From positions 768,001 through 832,000 of the forward strand of contig JAYQLI010000035.1 of assembly GCA_038143065.1 (NCBI GenBank): DNA of 64,000 nucleotides, in the 5' to 3' direction. The translations under genes were made by a program, and so were the position numbers. Below are positions 51,275 through 63,412 of the stretch, one piece after another. The DNA comes from Rhodospirillales bacterium. Lineage in GTDB: Bacteria > Pseudomonadota > Alphaproteobacteria > Bin95. Position 1 is the stretch's first letter; each line of letters starts with the position of its first letter. A model generated the notes under the pieces. The model was not told the origin of the DNA. It did no database searches and worked only from the letters and a program-made list of their open reading frames with translations.

Positions 51275-52900
51275 CAAAGATATTCATCGGCTCGTCGGAG
51301 AATCAAAACCCCCGATTAAGTCGCCTCCCCATTGCCCAAGCATAAGGCGCGGCCTCTGCTAGCAGTCCATAAAGTTGGTCTGTGAGCTCGAAGTCTGCAG
51401 CTGCAGCAATCGCCCTTAAACGCTCACCTTCTACATCGCTAATTTCTATTTCAGGTGGTGGTAGAACCGGGGTCAAACTATTGGGTGGAGGTGCAACCTC
51501 TAAATTTGGTCTTAGACCCCGTAAACCAATAGATTTCTCTAGAACAAGGCCTGCTTTAAGTATCTTAGCATCATCAAACGGACGACCAGCAAGCTGTACT
51601 CCAGAGGAAGCCCCTCAGAATTAAATCCAACCGGCACACTTAATGCAGGCCCAGCTGTCACATCAAAGGGTGTAAGAATACTAGGTGTTGTCCAAAACGT
51701 TTTGGTTCTGTGCCCATCAAGTCTAGGTGCTGCTCCAAGCGCACTAGGGGCAAGTAAAACATCAAAACGATCCCAAAGAGCCTGCATCTCCCCCCATCAA
51801 TTGGCGCCGACGGCGTTGAGCAGCCACATAATCTTGACCTGTAAATAACAGAGCGCCAAGGCTTCGCGCGAGAAAATCCTGGCCAAAATCAGACGGGCGC
51901 GTCATTAAATTTCGGCGATGAACATTAAAAAGTTCAGTTTCAGCAATAACAATTTTTACATCATACCAATCCTGAACTGGTGCAATACGGGCTGTTTCCA
52001 CAACACATCCTGCATCTGAAAGCGCAGTGGCTGCTTGTTCCACGGCTTCTACCATCTCAGTATGAACTGAGAGATCCTCTTCCCAGAAATGCCTGAGAAG
52101 ACCAACTCGGAGACCTTTTATAGATTGCCCTAATTTTTTAAATGCATCGGGCGGCTGAGCATGTGCACTTGCTGGATCAGCGCCATCTGGCCCAGCTGCC
52201 GCATCCAGCATCAGGGCACAATCGGCAACCGTCCAAGCCAGCGGCCCTGCATGATCAAAAGTAAAGGAGTTGGGAATAATCCCTGCTCGACTTATGAGGC
52301 CATACGTAGGCATAAATCCCGCAACTCCACAGTAGGTTGCCGGTCCACGAATTGAACCACCTGTATCTGAACCCATAGCAGCAGCAACGTAACCAGCTGC
52401 AACGGCAGCACCAGAACCACTGGATGACCCCCGGTAAAATGCTCTAAATTCCATGGATTACGAGCAGGCGGCCACGGCAGATCAAAGCTCGGACCACCAT
52501 GAGCAAATTCATGTGTCGTTAGCTTTGCAAGTATAATAGCGCCCGCCGCTCGTAACTTTGCCACCGACGTTGCATCTTTATCTGGTATTCGGTTTTGCGT
52601 CGTCTTTGATCCTCCTGCCGTCAAAACACCTGCTGTATCGAAAATGTCTTTCAGTCCTACTGGCAGACCATGGATGGGACTAAGACGCCGACCATTAACT
52701 ATTTCAGTTGTGGCACTTTTAGCATTAGCCACTGCAGCTTCAGCCATTAAAGTTACGCAGGCACTGGTTTTTGAATCCAGCTGTTCAATCCGAGAAATTG
52801 CTGTCTCTACAATTTCACTTGGTGAGAGATCACCTTTCGCTACTGCTGCAGACTGTTCAGACAACGACATTTGCCAAATTTCAGTCACATAGCCCCCCAT
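51261..52900 (-). CDS. Amidase-signature family enzyme (GatA/AtzE-like) with C-terminal extension (frameshifted)
   Basis: GLKD, GSSSGSG, GSDTGGSIRGPA (Ser-cisSer-Lys triad), GLPLGVQLAGRPFDD. Confidence 0.88.
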
Positions 52901-53065
52901 GTATTTTTCTTAAGATAAGAACAAAACAGAGATGCAGTCGATATCAACTTCTCCCTGCCAGGGCATTGAGAGGATTAAAAAAGCTGAAACCTTTCAACTG
53001 CATGTAGCCATCGCACATTAATTTTCCTTGACCTTTTTTCAATATTGCAAAACCACAAAAAATAA

Positions 53066-53080
53066 GAACATAATAGGAAC
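53066..53080 (+). promoter_or_regulatory. LexA (SOS) box of the imuABC operon
   Basis: Perfect GAAC-ataatag-GAAC immediately before ATG 53081. Confidence 0.9.
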
Positions 53081-53771
53081 ATGAGATTCAATATACAGTC
53101 CTATAAAAATCAAAACTCTAGCCTCAAGGCAGTGCAATTTTCGCCTCGTGGTCCAGCATTGTCTTTTGGTGATAAAAGAATTGATAATATTTTTAATGGA
53201 GGCTTTAACAGTCATGCAATGCATGAAATCTATGGCCCTGCAGCTGTTGCCCTAACCTCTATGATTGCATCATTCACCACAGGAAAAATCATCTGGATTA
53301 GATCAAAAAATCAACTCAAACAGCTAAATCCAAATGGAATTTTTATATAAATAATAATTTAAACAATTATATAAATATTTTTTCCAAACCAAAATATATA
53401 CTTTGGGCAGTGGAGCAAGCAGCACGGTCTAGCGCATCTAGCGTAGTAATAGCAGAGCTTCCACAGTCACCTGATTTTGTTTCCAGTCGCCGCTTGCAAC
53501 TGATTGCACGTGAACAAGGCACGCTTGTAATAGTTCTTCCATACCATGATAGGAATATTCCACCAAGCGCTGCTGAAACCCGCCTTCGCGCCACTTCAAT
53601 TCCAGATCCATTCGTGAAGCACCAAGATTCCAAATAGATTTATTTAAGAACAAAAATGGTACAAATTTTAGTTGGAAGATGGAATGGCATGACCCGAAAG
53701 ATCGTTTCAGTATGGTTTCCCAATATAGCAACAGATCTAATTATGCGCCGCCATCCCATATGGCGGGATAG
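53081..53771 (+). CDS. imuA: ImuA mutasome accessory protein (two 1-nt frameshifts)
   Basis: GGF...AMHEIYG, LWAVEQAARS, SRRLQLIAR, SAAETR, PRFQIDLFKNKNG...EWHD; position upstream of imuB. Confidence 0.75.
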
Positions 53772-55182
53772 ACCATTAGCTCTCTTCAGCGATAGCAGTT
53801 CTAAACTAGTTGTTACTGCAGTTAATCCCGTTGCAAAGATTGAGGGTGTTAGAATAGGCATGACACTTGCCGATGCCCAAGCTGTCGTTACTACCCTCGA
53901 TACAATTCCCCACCAATTAGATAAGCAAAAACTGGGGCTGGAGGCACTTGCCCGCTTGATGGAGCGTGTTACTCCCATGGCTGCAATAGTTGGCAACGAT
54001 ACTCTATTTTTAGACATGACTGGCGGCACTCATCTGTTTGGTGGAGAGCACGCATTCTTGGAAAAACTTACTAATTGGCTAACTAAATTAGGTTTTTCTA
54101 TCCGCCTAGCTTTGGCTAATACCCCTGGCGCGGCATGGGCAATAGCCCACTATGGTGCCACGGGGACTGTAGCGCAGCAAAACAAACTCAATAGTGCCTT
54201 AGCCCCATTACCAATTGCTGCCTTACGTCTACCAGCAGAAACTGTAACTAAGCTAAAACGTTTAGGGATTAATTGCATTCAAGATCTGATTAATCTACCT
54301 CGCCAAGCCTTAGTTCGACGTTTTGGCATACAGGTAGCTACACGTATTGACCAAGCCTTAGGTGCTGTTAACGAACCAATTTCACCAGAAACCCCAAAAA
54401 TTTCTTTATTAGTTAGCCTTAACTTTGAAGAACCAATCACTGAACAACCAGCACTTGAAAAAGCACTTGATCACCTATTGGACAAACTAATCTTTCGTCT
54501 AGCTACGAGTGACTTAGGCGCAACCTTGCTTGACCTAACTATCAAGCGAGTAGATGGCAAAAACCAAGTGCTGTCTGTTGGTACAGCTTCTCCAAGTCGA
54601 GAAAAAACTCGTCTAGCCCGCCTCTTCCAAGAAAAATTAAAAACTGTAGAGGCTGGCTTCGGCATTGATACAGTAATTCTCTCCGCAAGTAACAGTGAGC
54701 CTCTTGATCATCGCCAGCAAGACGCTCTTGGGGCTGACTCAACGTCAAACGCGTTAGAAAAGTTAGTTGATACACTTGGCAATCGACTTGGCTTTGACGC
54801 CATTCAGTATTTTCAACCTGGAGAAAGCTGGCGCCCAGGACATGACTTTCATAACGTCCCTATAAAAAGCAATAATATAACCGATGATGATTGGCCAACC
54901 TTACCTGGGCCACGCCCTATTACCCTCCTATCAAAACCAATTCGCATACAGGCAAAAGCATCCCTAAACCACTTAGAGCCGCCAACTATTCTCATTCGAG
55001 GCCCTCTTCGTCGTCAGATTTGTTACGCACAAGGACCTGAACGAATTTTACCAGAATGGTGGATAGAAGACCCAACATGGCCTTCTTGCCGTGACTACTG
55101 GCAGGTTGAGGATGAAGCAGGAGAGCGACTATGGATTTATCGCGAAAAAAACGCTTGGTATCTGCACGGGTTTTTCGCGTGA
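53689..55182 (+). CDS. imuB: ImuB, inactive Y-family polymerase
   Basis: GVRIGMTLADAQA, LDMTGGTHLFGGE, PIAALRL, GPERILPEWW, RDYWQVEDEAG, WYLHGFFA. Confidence 0.92.
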   Translation: MTRKIVSVWFPNIATDLIMRRHPIWRDRPLALFSDSSSKLVVTAVNPVAKIEGVRIGMTLADAQAVVTTLDTIPHQLDKQKLGLEALARLMERVTPMAAIVGNDTLFLDMTGGTHLFGGEHAFLEKLTNWLTKLGFSIRLALANTPGAAWAIAHYGATGTVAQQNKLNSALAPLPIAALRLPAETVTKLKRLGINCIQDLINLPRQALVRRFGIQVATRIDQALGAVNEPISPETPKISLLVSLNFEEPITEQPALEKALDHLLDKLIFRLATSDLGATLLDLTIKRVDGKNQVLSVGTASPSREKTRLARLFQEKLKTVEAGFGIDTVILSASNSEPLDHRQQDALGADSTSNALEKLVDTLGNRLGFDAIQYFQPGESWRPGHDFHNVPIKSNNITDDDWPTLPGPRPITLLSKPIRIQAKASLNHLEPPTILIRGPLRRQICYAQGPERILPEWWIEDPTWPSCRDYWQVEDEAGERLWIYREKNAWYLHGFFA

Positions 55183-55185
55183 TTT

Positions 55186-58100
55186 ATGGGTTATGTAGAA
55201 CTTCAAGCACTGACTGCATTTAGCTTTCAAGAAGGTGCTTCATTACCCGAAGAAATAGCAAATAGGGCAGCAGAACTTAATCATACTGCCATAGCAACAG
55301 CTGACAGGAATAGCTTATCCGGTATCGTCAGAGCTCATGTTACCGCTAAAAAACTAGGACTTCGCTTTATTGTTGGAACGCGCCTTGATCTTGCGGATGG
55401 ACAAAGCTTTGTAGCATATCCCAAAAATCGGTCTGCTTATGGTCGCCTTTGTCGACTAATAACACTCGGCCGTCGACGGGCAGAAAAAGGCAATTGCGAA
55501 ATCTATCCGGTGGATCTGCTGGAGTATGCAAAAGATATTCTCTTAATAGCACTTCCAGATTCAAACATTTCACCCAACTTTATCCAAGATTTACAGGACT
55601 GGAGAGCAGCGCTTGGCGACCAGGTCTTTTTAGCTGCTTCCCGGCAACTTGGGGCAAAAGATACTAGCCGAATACAAAAATTATCAGACTTAGCTGAAGT
55701 ATCGCATACACCCCTAGTCGCAACGAATAATGTTATCATGCATACCGCCGAACGTCGCAAACTCGCTGACATTCTTGCTTGTGTACGGAACAAATGTACC
55801 GTCGATACACTTGGTCGTCGCGCCTTTAGTCAATGCCGAGCGACATCTGAAATCTGAAACTGAAATGTTAGAACTGTTTCCGGGGCTATGAAGCAGCCGT
55901 TACCCGTTCAGTCGAAATCGCTGAAAGTTGTGACTTTAACCTGGACGAACTCCGCTATGAATACCCAGAAGAGCCAGTGCCTTCAGGGGTATCAACACAA
56001 AACTATCTTGAGCAAGAAACTTGGTCTGGTGCACACCGTCGCTATCCGAATGGCATACCAGAGAAGATCCGTATTGATTTAGAACGGGAACTTGAACTTA
56101 CTTCCAAGCTTGGTTACGCGCAGTATTTTCTGACCGTGTATGACATTGTGCGCTTTGCTCGACACGCTGGCATTATTTCCCAGGGCCGAGGATCGGCTGC
56201 TAACTCAGCAATCTGCTATTGCCTTGGCATCACTTCTGTAAATCCAATGGAAGCAAACCTACTTTTTGAGCGCTTTATTTCTATCGAACGCGGCGAACCA
56301 CCAGATATTGATATAGATTTTGAACACGAACGTAGAGAAGAAATTATTCAATATATTTACCGTCGATATGGACGAGAGCGGGCGGGTCTTGCGGCAACAG
56401 TAATTCATTATCGTGGACGTAGTGCGGTACGCGATGTTGGAAAGGCCATGGGACTTTCATCAGATATTGTCTCAAAACTTGCCAGCCAGACTTGGAACTG
56501 GTCATTAGACAGCATCAATCGAGAACAGATTGAAGAAATCGGTCTTGATCCAAATAATAAGCGGCTAAACCTTACACTATACCTTTCCAAGGAACTCATT
56601 GGCTTTCCACGACACCTCTCTCAACACGTTGGTGGCTTCGTCATTACTAAGGGAGACTGGATGAACTAGTGCCTGTTGAGAATGCGTCTATGGAAGATCG
56701 TACTGTAGTTGAGTGGGACAAGGACGATCTAGATGCACTTGGTATCCTTAAGATAGATATTCTTGCTCTGGGTATGCTGAGTGTAATTAAAAAGAGCTTT
56801 GATCTTATTCAAAAACACTATGGCCGACGCTTCACTCTCGCAACAATTCCCCGAGAAGACCCAAGCGTTTACGATATGCTCTGTAGAGCTGACAGTATTG
56901 GTGTGTTCCAAGTAGAGAGTAGAGCACAGATAGCATTTTTACCAAGGATGCGTCCACGCACTTTTTATGACCTTGTCATCGAAGTTGCAATCGTACGCCC
57001 CGGCCCAATCCAAGGTGATATGGTTCACCCTTATATCCGCCGTAGAAATGGTGAAGAATCGGTCGATTATCCTTCACCCATCCTCCAAGAGGTACTAGGA
57101 CGAACACTTGGCGTGCCTCTTTTTCAAGAACAAGCAATGAAAATTGCAATTGTAGCTGGAGGTTTTACGCCAGGGCAAGCTGACGAACTACGTCGCGCGA
57201 TGGCAACCTTCCGCCATACAGGGAGAATTCACTCTTTCCGTGACCAATTTTACGAAGGCATGCGACAAGGTGGATATGATGATGACTTCGCCAAACAATG
57301 CTTTTCAATGATAGAGGGGTTTGGAGAGTATGGTTTCCCTGAAAGCCATGCTGCTAGCTTTGCCCTCCTGGTCTATGCCTCTGCTTGGATAAAAAAGTAT
57401 TATCCTGATGTTTTCCTCTGCGCCCTATTAAACTCACAGCCTATGGGCTTTTATGCACCTGCTCAGCTAGTACGTGACGCACGTGAGCATGAAGTAGAAG
57501 TTAGACCTGTCGACGTGAATTATTCTAGCTGGGACAATATTTTAGAACCTAGTCTAGATAAAACATTTTGGGCTGTCCGGTTAGGGTTCCGGCAGGTAAA
57601 GGGATTTAAAGAAGAAGATGCTGAGTGGCTTGTCGCTGCGCGAGGTAATGGCTATCGGTCAATTGAAGATATTTGGCGCCGTGCTGGTTTAAAAACTGCA
57701 GTTATAGAAAGACTTGCCCAAGCTGATGCTCTTCAAGATCTAGAGCTATCACGCCGCCAGGCCTTATGGGAGACCGCCGCACTCCAAAAGGGAAAGCCAC
57801 TTCCTCTATTTGCTGCTGCTAATGATGCCGAATATGGCGAAGAGGTTAAGGTAAGCCTGTGTCCACCAACACTCGGTGAGGAGGTCTATGAAGATTATTC
57901 TTGGCTTCGCTTGAGCCTGCGGGCACATCCACTAGCCCTACTCCGTGACGAGCTGATGCATTCCATTAAAAATAAAGCACTGACAACCACACCCAATAAT
58001 AAGCAAATAGATGTTGCAGGCCTGGTAATTGCCCGCCAAAGGCCTGGCAGTGCCAAAGGCGTTATCTTTGCAACTTTAGAGGACGAGACAGGGGTTGCTA

Positions 58101-58402
58101 ATGTAATCATATGGCCAAAAGTTTTTGAAAAATACCGGCGCATTGTGCTAACGGCACGACTATTGAAAGTGACAGGAAAACTTCAACGAGAAGGAATTGT
58201 AACTCACATTATTGCTGACAAACTAGAAGACATATCTCATCTACTCGAAAAACTTGTTTGCGACGAACAATCGGTCAGTCCGATTACCTTACCTGATGAG
58301 ATATCGCATCAATCTCCACCAGCTAAACAAGTTGCAATCCCTCGGCCACGTCATCCACGTGATCAAGCACGAGTATTATTTCCTAGTAGGGATTTTAAAT
58401 AG
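55186..58402 (+). CDS. dnaE2: Error-prone DNA polymerase DnaE2 (frameshifts near 55830 and 56655)
   Basis: PHP domain, QGRGSAANS, PPDIDIDFEH, GFPESHAASFA, C-terminal SRDFK motif. Confidence 0.96.
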
Positions 58403-58481
58403 CAATAGTCTTAGAAGGCATGCCTTTTGGGTTAAAAAAATCGCAAGGTCACAAATGCAGGATATGAAAGCCTATAAACGA

Positions 58482-59267
58482 CTACATTGCACTAATGCCA
58501 CCATCCACCAGCAGTTCCGAACCAGTTGTGTAACTACTCTCGTCAGAGGCTAAATATAAAATTGCATAGGCAACCTCTTTTGGCTCACCAACTCGGCCGA
58601 TTGGAACTTGCCGGGCGAGCTTTCGAAAAGCCTCATCCCTACCAAATCGTTCTGTGTGCTTATTTAAGATAGGAGTATCAACGAATGTTGGATGCACACT
58701 ATTGCAACGAATATCAAAGCCTTCGCGACAACAATGCAGGGCCACCGATTTAGTTAAATGCCGAACAGCCGCCTTTGCTGAATTGTAAGCGGCCATATTA
58801 TGGCCCGCTATGTTTCCCGCTATCGACGAAATATTAACTATTGAACCCTTTTTGCTGCCATTAATACCTGCCTGAATAGTCTCTGCAATTGCAGGTACGC
58901 CATGTTTACAGCCCAGAAATACGCCATCTAAATCAATAGCATGAACTCGTCGCCAGTCTTCTAGGGAGATCTCGGTAACGGGTTGAGTCCAACCAATGCC
59001 CGCACTGTTGAGCAGAACATGAACACCACCAAAACGCTCCTTACAGGCAGCATACGCTAAGACCCAGTCATCCTCAGAAGTGACATCGAGATATTGGAAC
59101 GCAGCCCTATCGCCGAGCTCTTGAACAACAGCAGCGCCAGCCTCCTCATTAACATCACCGATCATCACGTAGCCCCCTTCGGCTACAAACATTTCTGCTG
59201 CTGCTTTAGCAAGGCCAGAGGCCCCTCCTGTCATCAGCGCTATCTTACCCTCCACACGACCTGTCAT
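58482..59267 (-). CDS. SDR family oxidoreductase (3beta-HSD / cyclopentanol dehydrogenase-like)
   Basis: TGGASGL, YNSAK, IRCNSVHPTFVDTP. Confidence 0.88.
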   Translation of the reverse strand: MTGRVEGKIALMTGGASGLAKAAAEMFVAEGGYVMIGDVNEEAGAAVVQELGDRAAFQYLDVTSEDDWVLAYAACKERFGGVHVLLNSAGIGWTQPVTEISLEDWRRVHAIDLDGVFLGCKHGVPAIAETIQAGINGSKKGSIVNISSIAGNIAGHNMAAYNSAKAAVRHLTKSVALHCCREGFDIRCNSVHPTFVDTPILNKHTERFGRDEAFRKLARQVPIGRVGEPKEVAYAILYLASDESSYTTGSELLVDGGISAM

Positions 59268-59462
59268 CTTCTACTCCCCAGAACTCGATAAAGTAAAATT
59301 ATGCTATCACTCAACTTCAACTGCCAAATACACTCTCACAAACGATAAACCTCATCGATATTGCTTTTTACAAAAATTGAACTTTTAGCTGATGCCTCAC
59401 AACCAATTGCAAATTTACAAACAATCATAAGCAGTTCCTGCCTAATCTAAGTTGCTGAGGAA

Positions 59463-60779
59463 TCAATTTTTCCGCTCAAATAAACATGCCACTTCAAGGT
59501 GCGGTGTCCAGCGAAATTGATCGATCGGTTGTGCTTCACGAAAATGATATCCACCGTTTACCAGAACTTGTGCGTCCCGGGCCAATGCTATGGGATTACA
59601 AGACAAATACACAATGCGATTGGGTCCACCTGCAGCTAGCAATTGAGACTGTTTGAACGCTCCTGAACGTGGCGGGTCTAGCACTATGGCATCAAACCGA
59701 GACAACTCATTCTCTAATAATGGTTGTCGTTCTAAGTCTCGCGTAAATCCTGTCACATAACCCCTTAATCCAGCTGCACCTGCTGCTTGGTTTAAACTGG
59801 AAATCATTAATTCTGAACCTTCATAGGCCTGCACATGCATTGAACCAGCCAATCGAAGTGCAAATGCGCCCCAGCCAGAAAAAAGATCCGCAACATGGCT
59901 TGAGCCTTCTAGACGAGCAGCAACGAATTTTGCCATGAAGGCTTCACCTGCTGCGGTAGGTTGCAAGAAGGCACCAGGCGGAGGCGTTACAGACATTCCA
60001 TTGATGTCTAAGGATGGAGGGCGACGTTCAATGATGATTTCTGGAATCTCATTGTCTATTGGGAGCCAAGCAAATCGGGCTCCATCAAAGTCAGACATCC
60101 ATGACGCGATTTCGATGCGTTCCTGGTAATTTAACTCTCGTGCACGAACTAACAAAAAATCTAAGCCAGAAACAGAATTACGCACCTCAAGATCCGCCGC
60201 CTCTCTTGTACCCAGTAACTTCGTTAGAAGCGGTCGAATTCGTGGAGCAATATCAGTTAGTTCGGGAATAGCCACATGGCAGTGTTCAATACCCACTATT
60301 TTTCGACTTGCTTTAGAATTAAATCCAAGTACGGCACCGGTCGATGTACCAATAGCGGCAAATCTTAGACGGCGGCGTCCGTCCTCCATCTGAATAATTG
60401 GGTGACGCTGCTCTACAACAAGTCCTTTTGAAGATAAGGCTTTAGTTAAAAGATTTTCTTTCCAATCTAAATAAGCAGACGATGACAGGTGCTGAACCGA
60501 GCATCCTCCGCACGACTCAGCATGAAGACAAACAGGAGTTATCCTGTCCAAGCTGTTGCTGTGTCTAGTAATAATCTCAGCAATTCTGCCGTCTCCACGA
60601 TTATTAGTTAATCTAACTAATGCCTTTTCTCCTGGTAGCAGACCTGGGACATAAACTGGTTTGCCGAGGTGCTCAGAAATTCCATCCCCTCCACTTCCGA
60701 GACGGTCAATTTTAATATCGACCTCAACCGGTGGTGGCGGGCGCTTACGTTTTCGTCGCTGCGACCACGAATTCGACAT
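59463..60779 (-). CDS. RlmD/TrmA-family RNA (uracil-5)-methyltransferase
   Basis: TRAM domain, CLHAESCGGC, FLQP, LDPPRSG, YLSCNP, DQFRWTPHLE. Confidence 0.9.
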   Translation of the reverse strand: MSNSWSQRRKRKRPPPPVEVDIKIDRLGSGGDGISEHLGKPVYVPGLLPGEKALVRLTNNRGDGRIAEIITRHSNSLDRITPVCLHAESCGGCSVQHLSSSAYLDWKENLLTKALSSKGLVVEQRHPIIQMEDGRRRLRFAAIGTSTGAVLGFNSKASRKIVGIEHCHVAIPELTDIAPRIRPLLTKLLGTREAADLEVRNSVSGLDFLLVRARELNYQERIEIASWMSDFDGARFAWLPIDNEIPEIIIERRPPSLDINGMSVTPPPGAFLQPTAAGEAFMAKFVAARLEGSSHVADLFSGWGAFALRLAGSMHVQAYEGSELMISSLNQAAGAAGLRGYVTGFTRDLERQPLLENELSRFDAIVLDPPRSGAFKQSQLLAAGGPNRIVYLSCNPIALARDAQVLVNGGYHFREAQPIDQFRWTPHLEVACLFERKN

Positions 60780-61482
60780 TTCCCTCAGCTCCCGTTATCG
60801 GACTTTCAGTAATACCCATCACACTCCAGCCCGGCAGGTCATCGAGCCACTGAACGATGCTATCAACACACAGCTGTCGCGCAGCCACATCTCGAACAAC
60901 ACCATTTTTACCAATGTACTCTCGGCCAACTTCAAACTGTGGCTTTATTAATGCGGCTAACCAGCATCCAGATTCAGCGAATTCTATCGGGCGCTGCAGA
61001 ACAGTCCGGAGGCCTATGAAGCTCGCATCACAAACGATAGCTGAAACATTTTCAGGTACCTGCTCGTCGGTTAGGTGGCGTGCATTTACACCTTCAAGTA
61101 CAACAACACGAGGATCATTACGAAGGCGCCATGCTAATTGCCCTTTACCAACATCCACAGCGTACACCCGTGCAGCTCCGGCATCTAGCAGAACATCGGT
61201 AAAACCGCCCGTTGAAGCCCCAACATCCATTGCGACCCGGTCTAAACCGCTTAAACCAAAAACTTTTATTGCATGATCAAGCTTTAGACCGCCGCGACCC
61301 ACCCATGGGTGATCTTTTCCTCGCACCTCAAGGGCTGCATCATCTTTGATCTGCGCCCCTGCTTTATCGACGCGCACATCACCAGAAAATACCTTACCAG
61401 CCATTATAAGCGCTTGAGCTTTTGCGCGGCTTTCTACCAAACCCCGTGCAACTAGCGCTACGTCAGCTCGTGATTTGGCCAT
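60745..61482 (-). CDS. tlyA: TlyA family rRNA methyltransferase
   Basis: S4 domain, RGGLKL, DVGASTGGFTD, LIKPQFE, SPITGAEGN. Confidence 0.93.
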   Translation of the reverse strand: MAKSRADVALVARGLVESRAKAQALIMAGKVFSGDVRVDKAGAQIKDDAALEVRGKDHPWVGRGGLKLDHAIKVFGLSGLDRVAMDVGASTGGFTDVLLDAGAARVYAVDVGKGQLAWRLRNDPRVVVLEGVNARHLTDEQVPENVSAIVCDASFIGLRTVLQRPIEFAESGCWLAALIKPQFEVGREYIGKNGVVRDVAARQLCVDSIVQWLDDLPGWSVMGITESPITGAEGNVEFVVAATKT

Positions 61483-63404
61483 CAGCGGCGCTGCATAGCC
61501 TTTGCAGGAGATCCTACAGCGGAAAGTGCTGTGTTCATAATCGACTTTGCATCAAGGCACGCGCGTTCAACCTGAAGTACAGGTTTATCCTGATCAAGGA
61601 AAATGTCAGGCATTGTCATCGTTCTGACTGCTAGTCCTGTATCAAGTAAACCAGCCCCCGCCATGTAGTGCAGAACAAGTGCACCAAAGCCACCAGTCGA
61701 ACCCTCTTCTACAGTTATTAAAGCTGAATGATCTCGTGCCAATTTAGAAACCAGATCTGTGTCTAAGGGTTTAGCAAAACGAGCGTCTGCAACTGTCGCC
61801 TGCAATCCTCTTTCCGCAAGCATTTCCGCTGCTGCAAGTGAGTCCGCGAGACGAGAGCCGTAAGATAGAATTGCAACTGAGTCGCCTTCACGAACAATAC
61901 GGCCCTTGCCCAGCTCCACAGTTGAACCGCCCTCAGGCATTTCAACCCCAATGCCTTCACCACGGGGAAAGCGCAATGCCGAAGGGCGATCATCTATTTG
62001 CGCTAAAGTGTTAACCATCCGAACGAGCTCAGCCTCGTCAGCGCAGGCTGCCAAGACCATGTCAGGCAAGCAACCGAGGTACGCAACATCGAACGCACCA
62101 CAATGCGTTTGACCATCAGCACCAACGTACCCAGCTCGATCCAGAACAAAACGAACTGGAAGTTTCTGAATGGCCACGTCATGTACGATCTGATCATAGG
62201 CACGTTGCAAGAACGTAGAATAAATCGCGACGAACGGTTTCATACCCTCAGCAGCTAACCCTGCAGCAAAAGTAACCCCGTGTTGTTCAGCAATTCCTAC
62301 ATCAAAGGTTCTGTTTGGAAACTTCTTAGCTACCTTATCAAGACCAGTACCGGAAGGCATCGCCGCAGTGATCGAAATTACTCTAGGGTCTTGCTCTTTA
62401 AGCTTAATTAATGTGTCGGCGAAGACATTAGTATAACTGGGTGCTTTGGCCACACTTTTTGCTTGGGTTCCTGTATCAACATCAAAAGTTGACACACCAT
62501 GATATTTGTCTGAAGCCGCCTCAGCAGGTTGGTAGCCTTTACCCTTTTCAGTTATCACATGCAGTAATACTGGCTTGTCGCCAGGCGCCTGATTTTTTAG
62601 ATGTTGAAGTACTGGCAACATATCGGGGATCGAATGACCATCTATGGGGCCAACATAATAAAACCCGAGTGCCTGAAATAATCCTCCACTGCCAATAATA
62701 TCGCGAGCCATTCCCTCTGCTCGCCGCGCTGCTTCTTCAAACGGCTTTGGAAAGAGCTTGGCCACGTCTTTCGCAATATTGCGCAGATTTGCATAAGGTC
62801 GTGAGGAAGCAAGCTTAGACAAGTAGCTCGAAAGAGCACCAACTGGAGGAGCAATTGACATTTCATTGTCATTTAGAACGACAACAAGAGGCAACCCTTG
62901 AGCACCGGCATTATTCATAGCCTCGTAGGCCATGCCAGATGTCATTGCTCCATCCCCAATAACAGCAATAGCCCTATCAGGCTTCCCCATCAAATCAAAA
63001 GCCGTCGCCATACCTAGAGCAGCTGAAATTGATGTGGAAGAGTGAGCGGCGCCAAATGGGTCGTAAGCGCTTTCACTGCGCTTGGTAAAGCCTGATAGCC
63101 CTCCCCCTTGACGAAGAGTCTCCATTTCAGCCCGGCGACCGGTCAGTATTTTATGCGGGTAACACTGGTGACCAACATCCCAAATCAGACGGTCATGCGG
63201 TGTATCGAATACATAATGGAGAGCAACAGTTAATTCGACTACGCCAAGAGAGGCTCCGAGGTGACCTCCCGTTTTGGCAACACTTTCGATTGTGTCCCAT
63301 CGGAGTTCATCTGCAAGACGCGTCAGATCACTTTCAGGAAGCTGACGTAAGTCTGCAGGATCTCTAATCCTATCCAACAATGGCGTTGGCCGGCGAGACA
63401 TCAA
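61482..63404 (-). CDS. dxs: 1-deoxy-D-xylulose-5-phosphate synthase
   Basis: [48 protein letters not shown]. Confidence 0.98.
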   Translation of the reverse strand: MMSRRPTPLLDRIRDPADLRQLPESDLTRLADELRWDTIESVAKTGGHLGASLGVVELTVALHYVFDTPHDRLIWDVGHQCYPHKILTGRRAEMETLRQGGGLSGFTKRSESAYDPFGAAHSSTSISAALGMATAFDLMGKPDRAIAVIGDGAMTSGMAYEAMNNAGAQGLPLVVVLNDNEMSIAPPVGALSSYLSKLASSRPYANLRNIAKDVAKLFPKPFEEAARRAEGMARDIIGSGGLFQALGFYYVGPIDGHSIPDMLPVLQHLKNQAPGDKPVLLHVITEKGKGYQPAEAASDKYHGVSTFDVDTGTQAKSVAKAPSYTNVFADTLIKLKEQDPRVISITAAMPSGTGLDKVAKKFPNRTFDVGIAEQHGVTFAAGLAAEGMKPFVAIYSTFLQRAYDQIVHDVAIQKLPVRFVLDRAGYVGADGQTHCGAFDVAYLGCLPDMVLAACADEAELVRMVNTLAQIDDRPSALRFPRGEGIGVEMPEGGSTVELGKGRIVREGDSVAILSYGSRLADSLAAAEMLAERGLQATVADARFAKPLDTDLVSKLARDHSALITVEEGSTGGFGALVLHYMAGAGLLDTGLAVRTMTMPDIFLDQDKPVLQVERACLDAKSIMNTALSAVGSPAKAMQRR

Positions 63405-63412
63405 TCTCTCCC

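Noticed and set aside
53340-53400. Very AT-rich patch in imuA as an insertion or decay
   Set aside because: Adding one T to the T-run gives an open frame (FYINNNLNNYINIFSKPKYILWAVEQAA) joining both halves.
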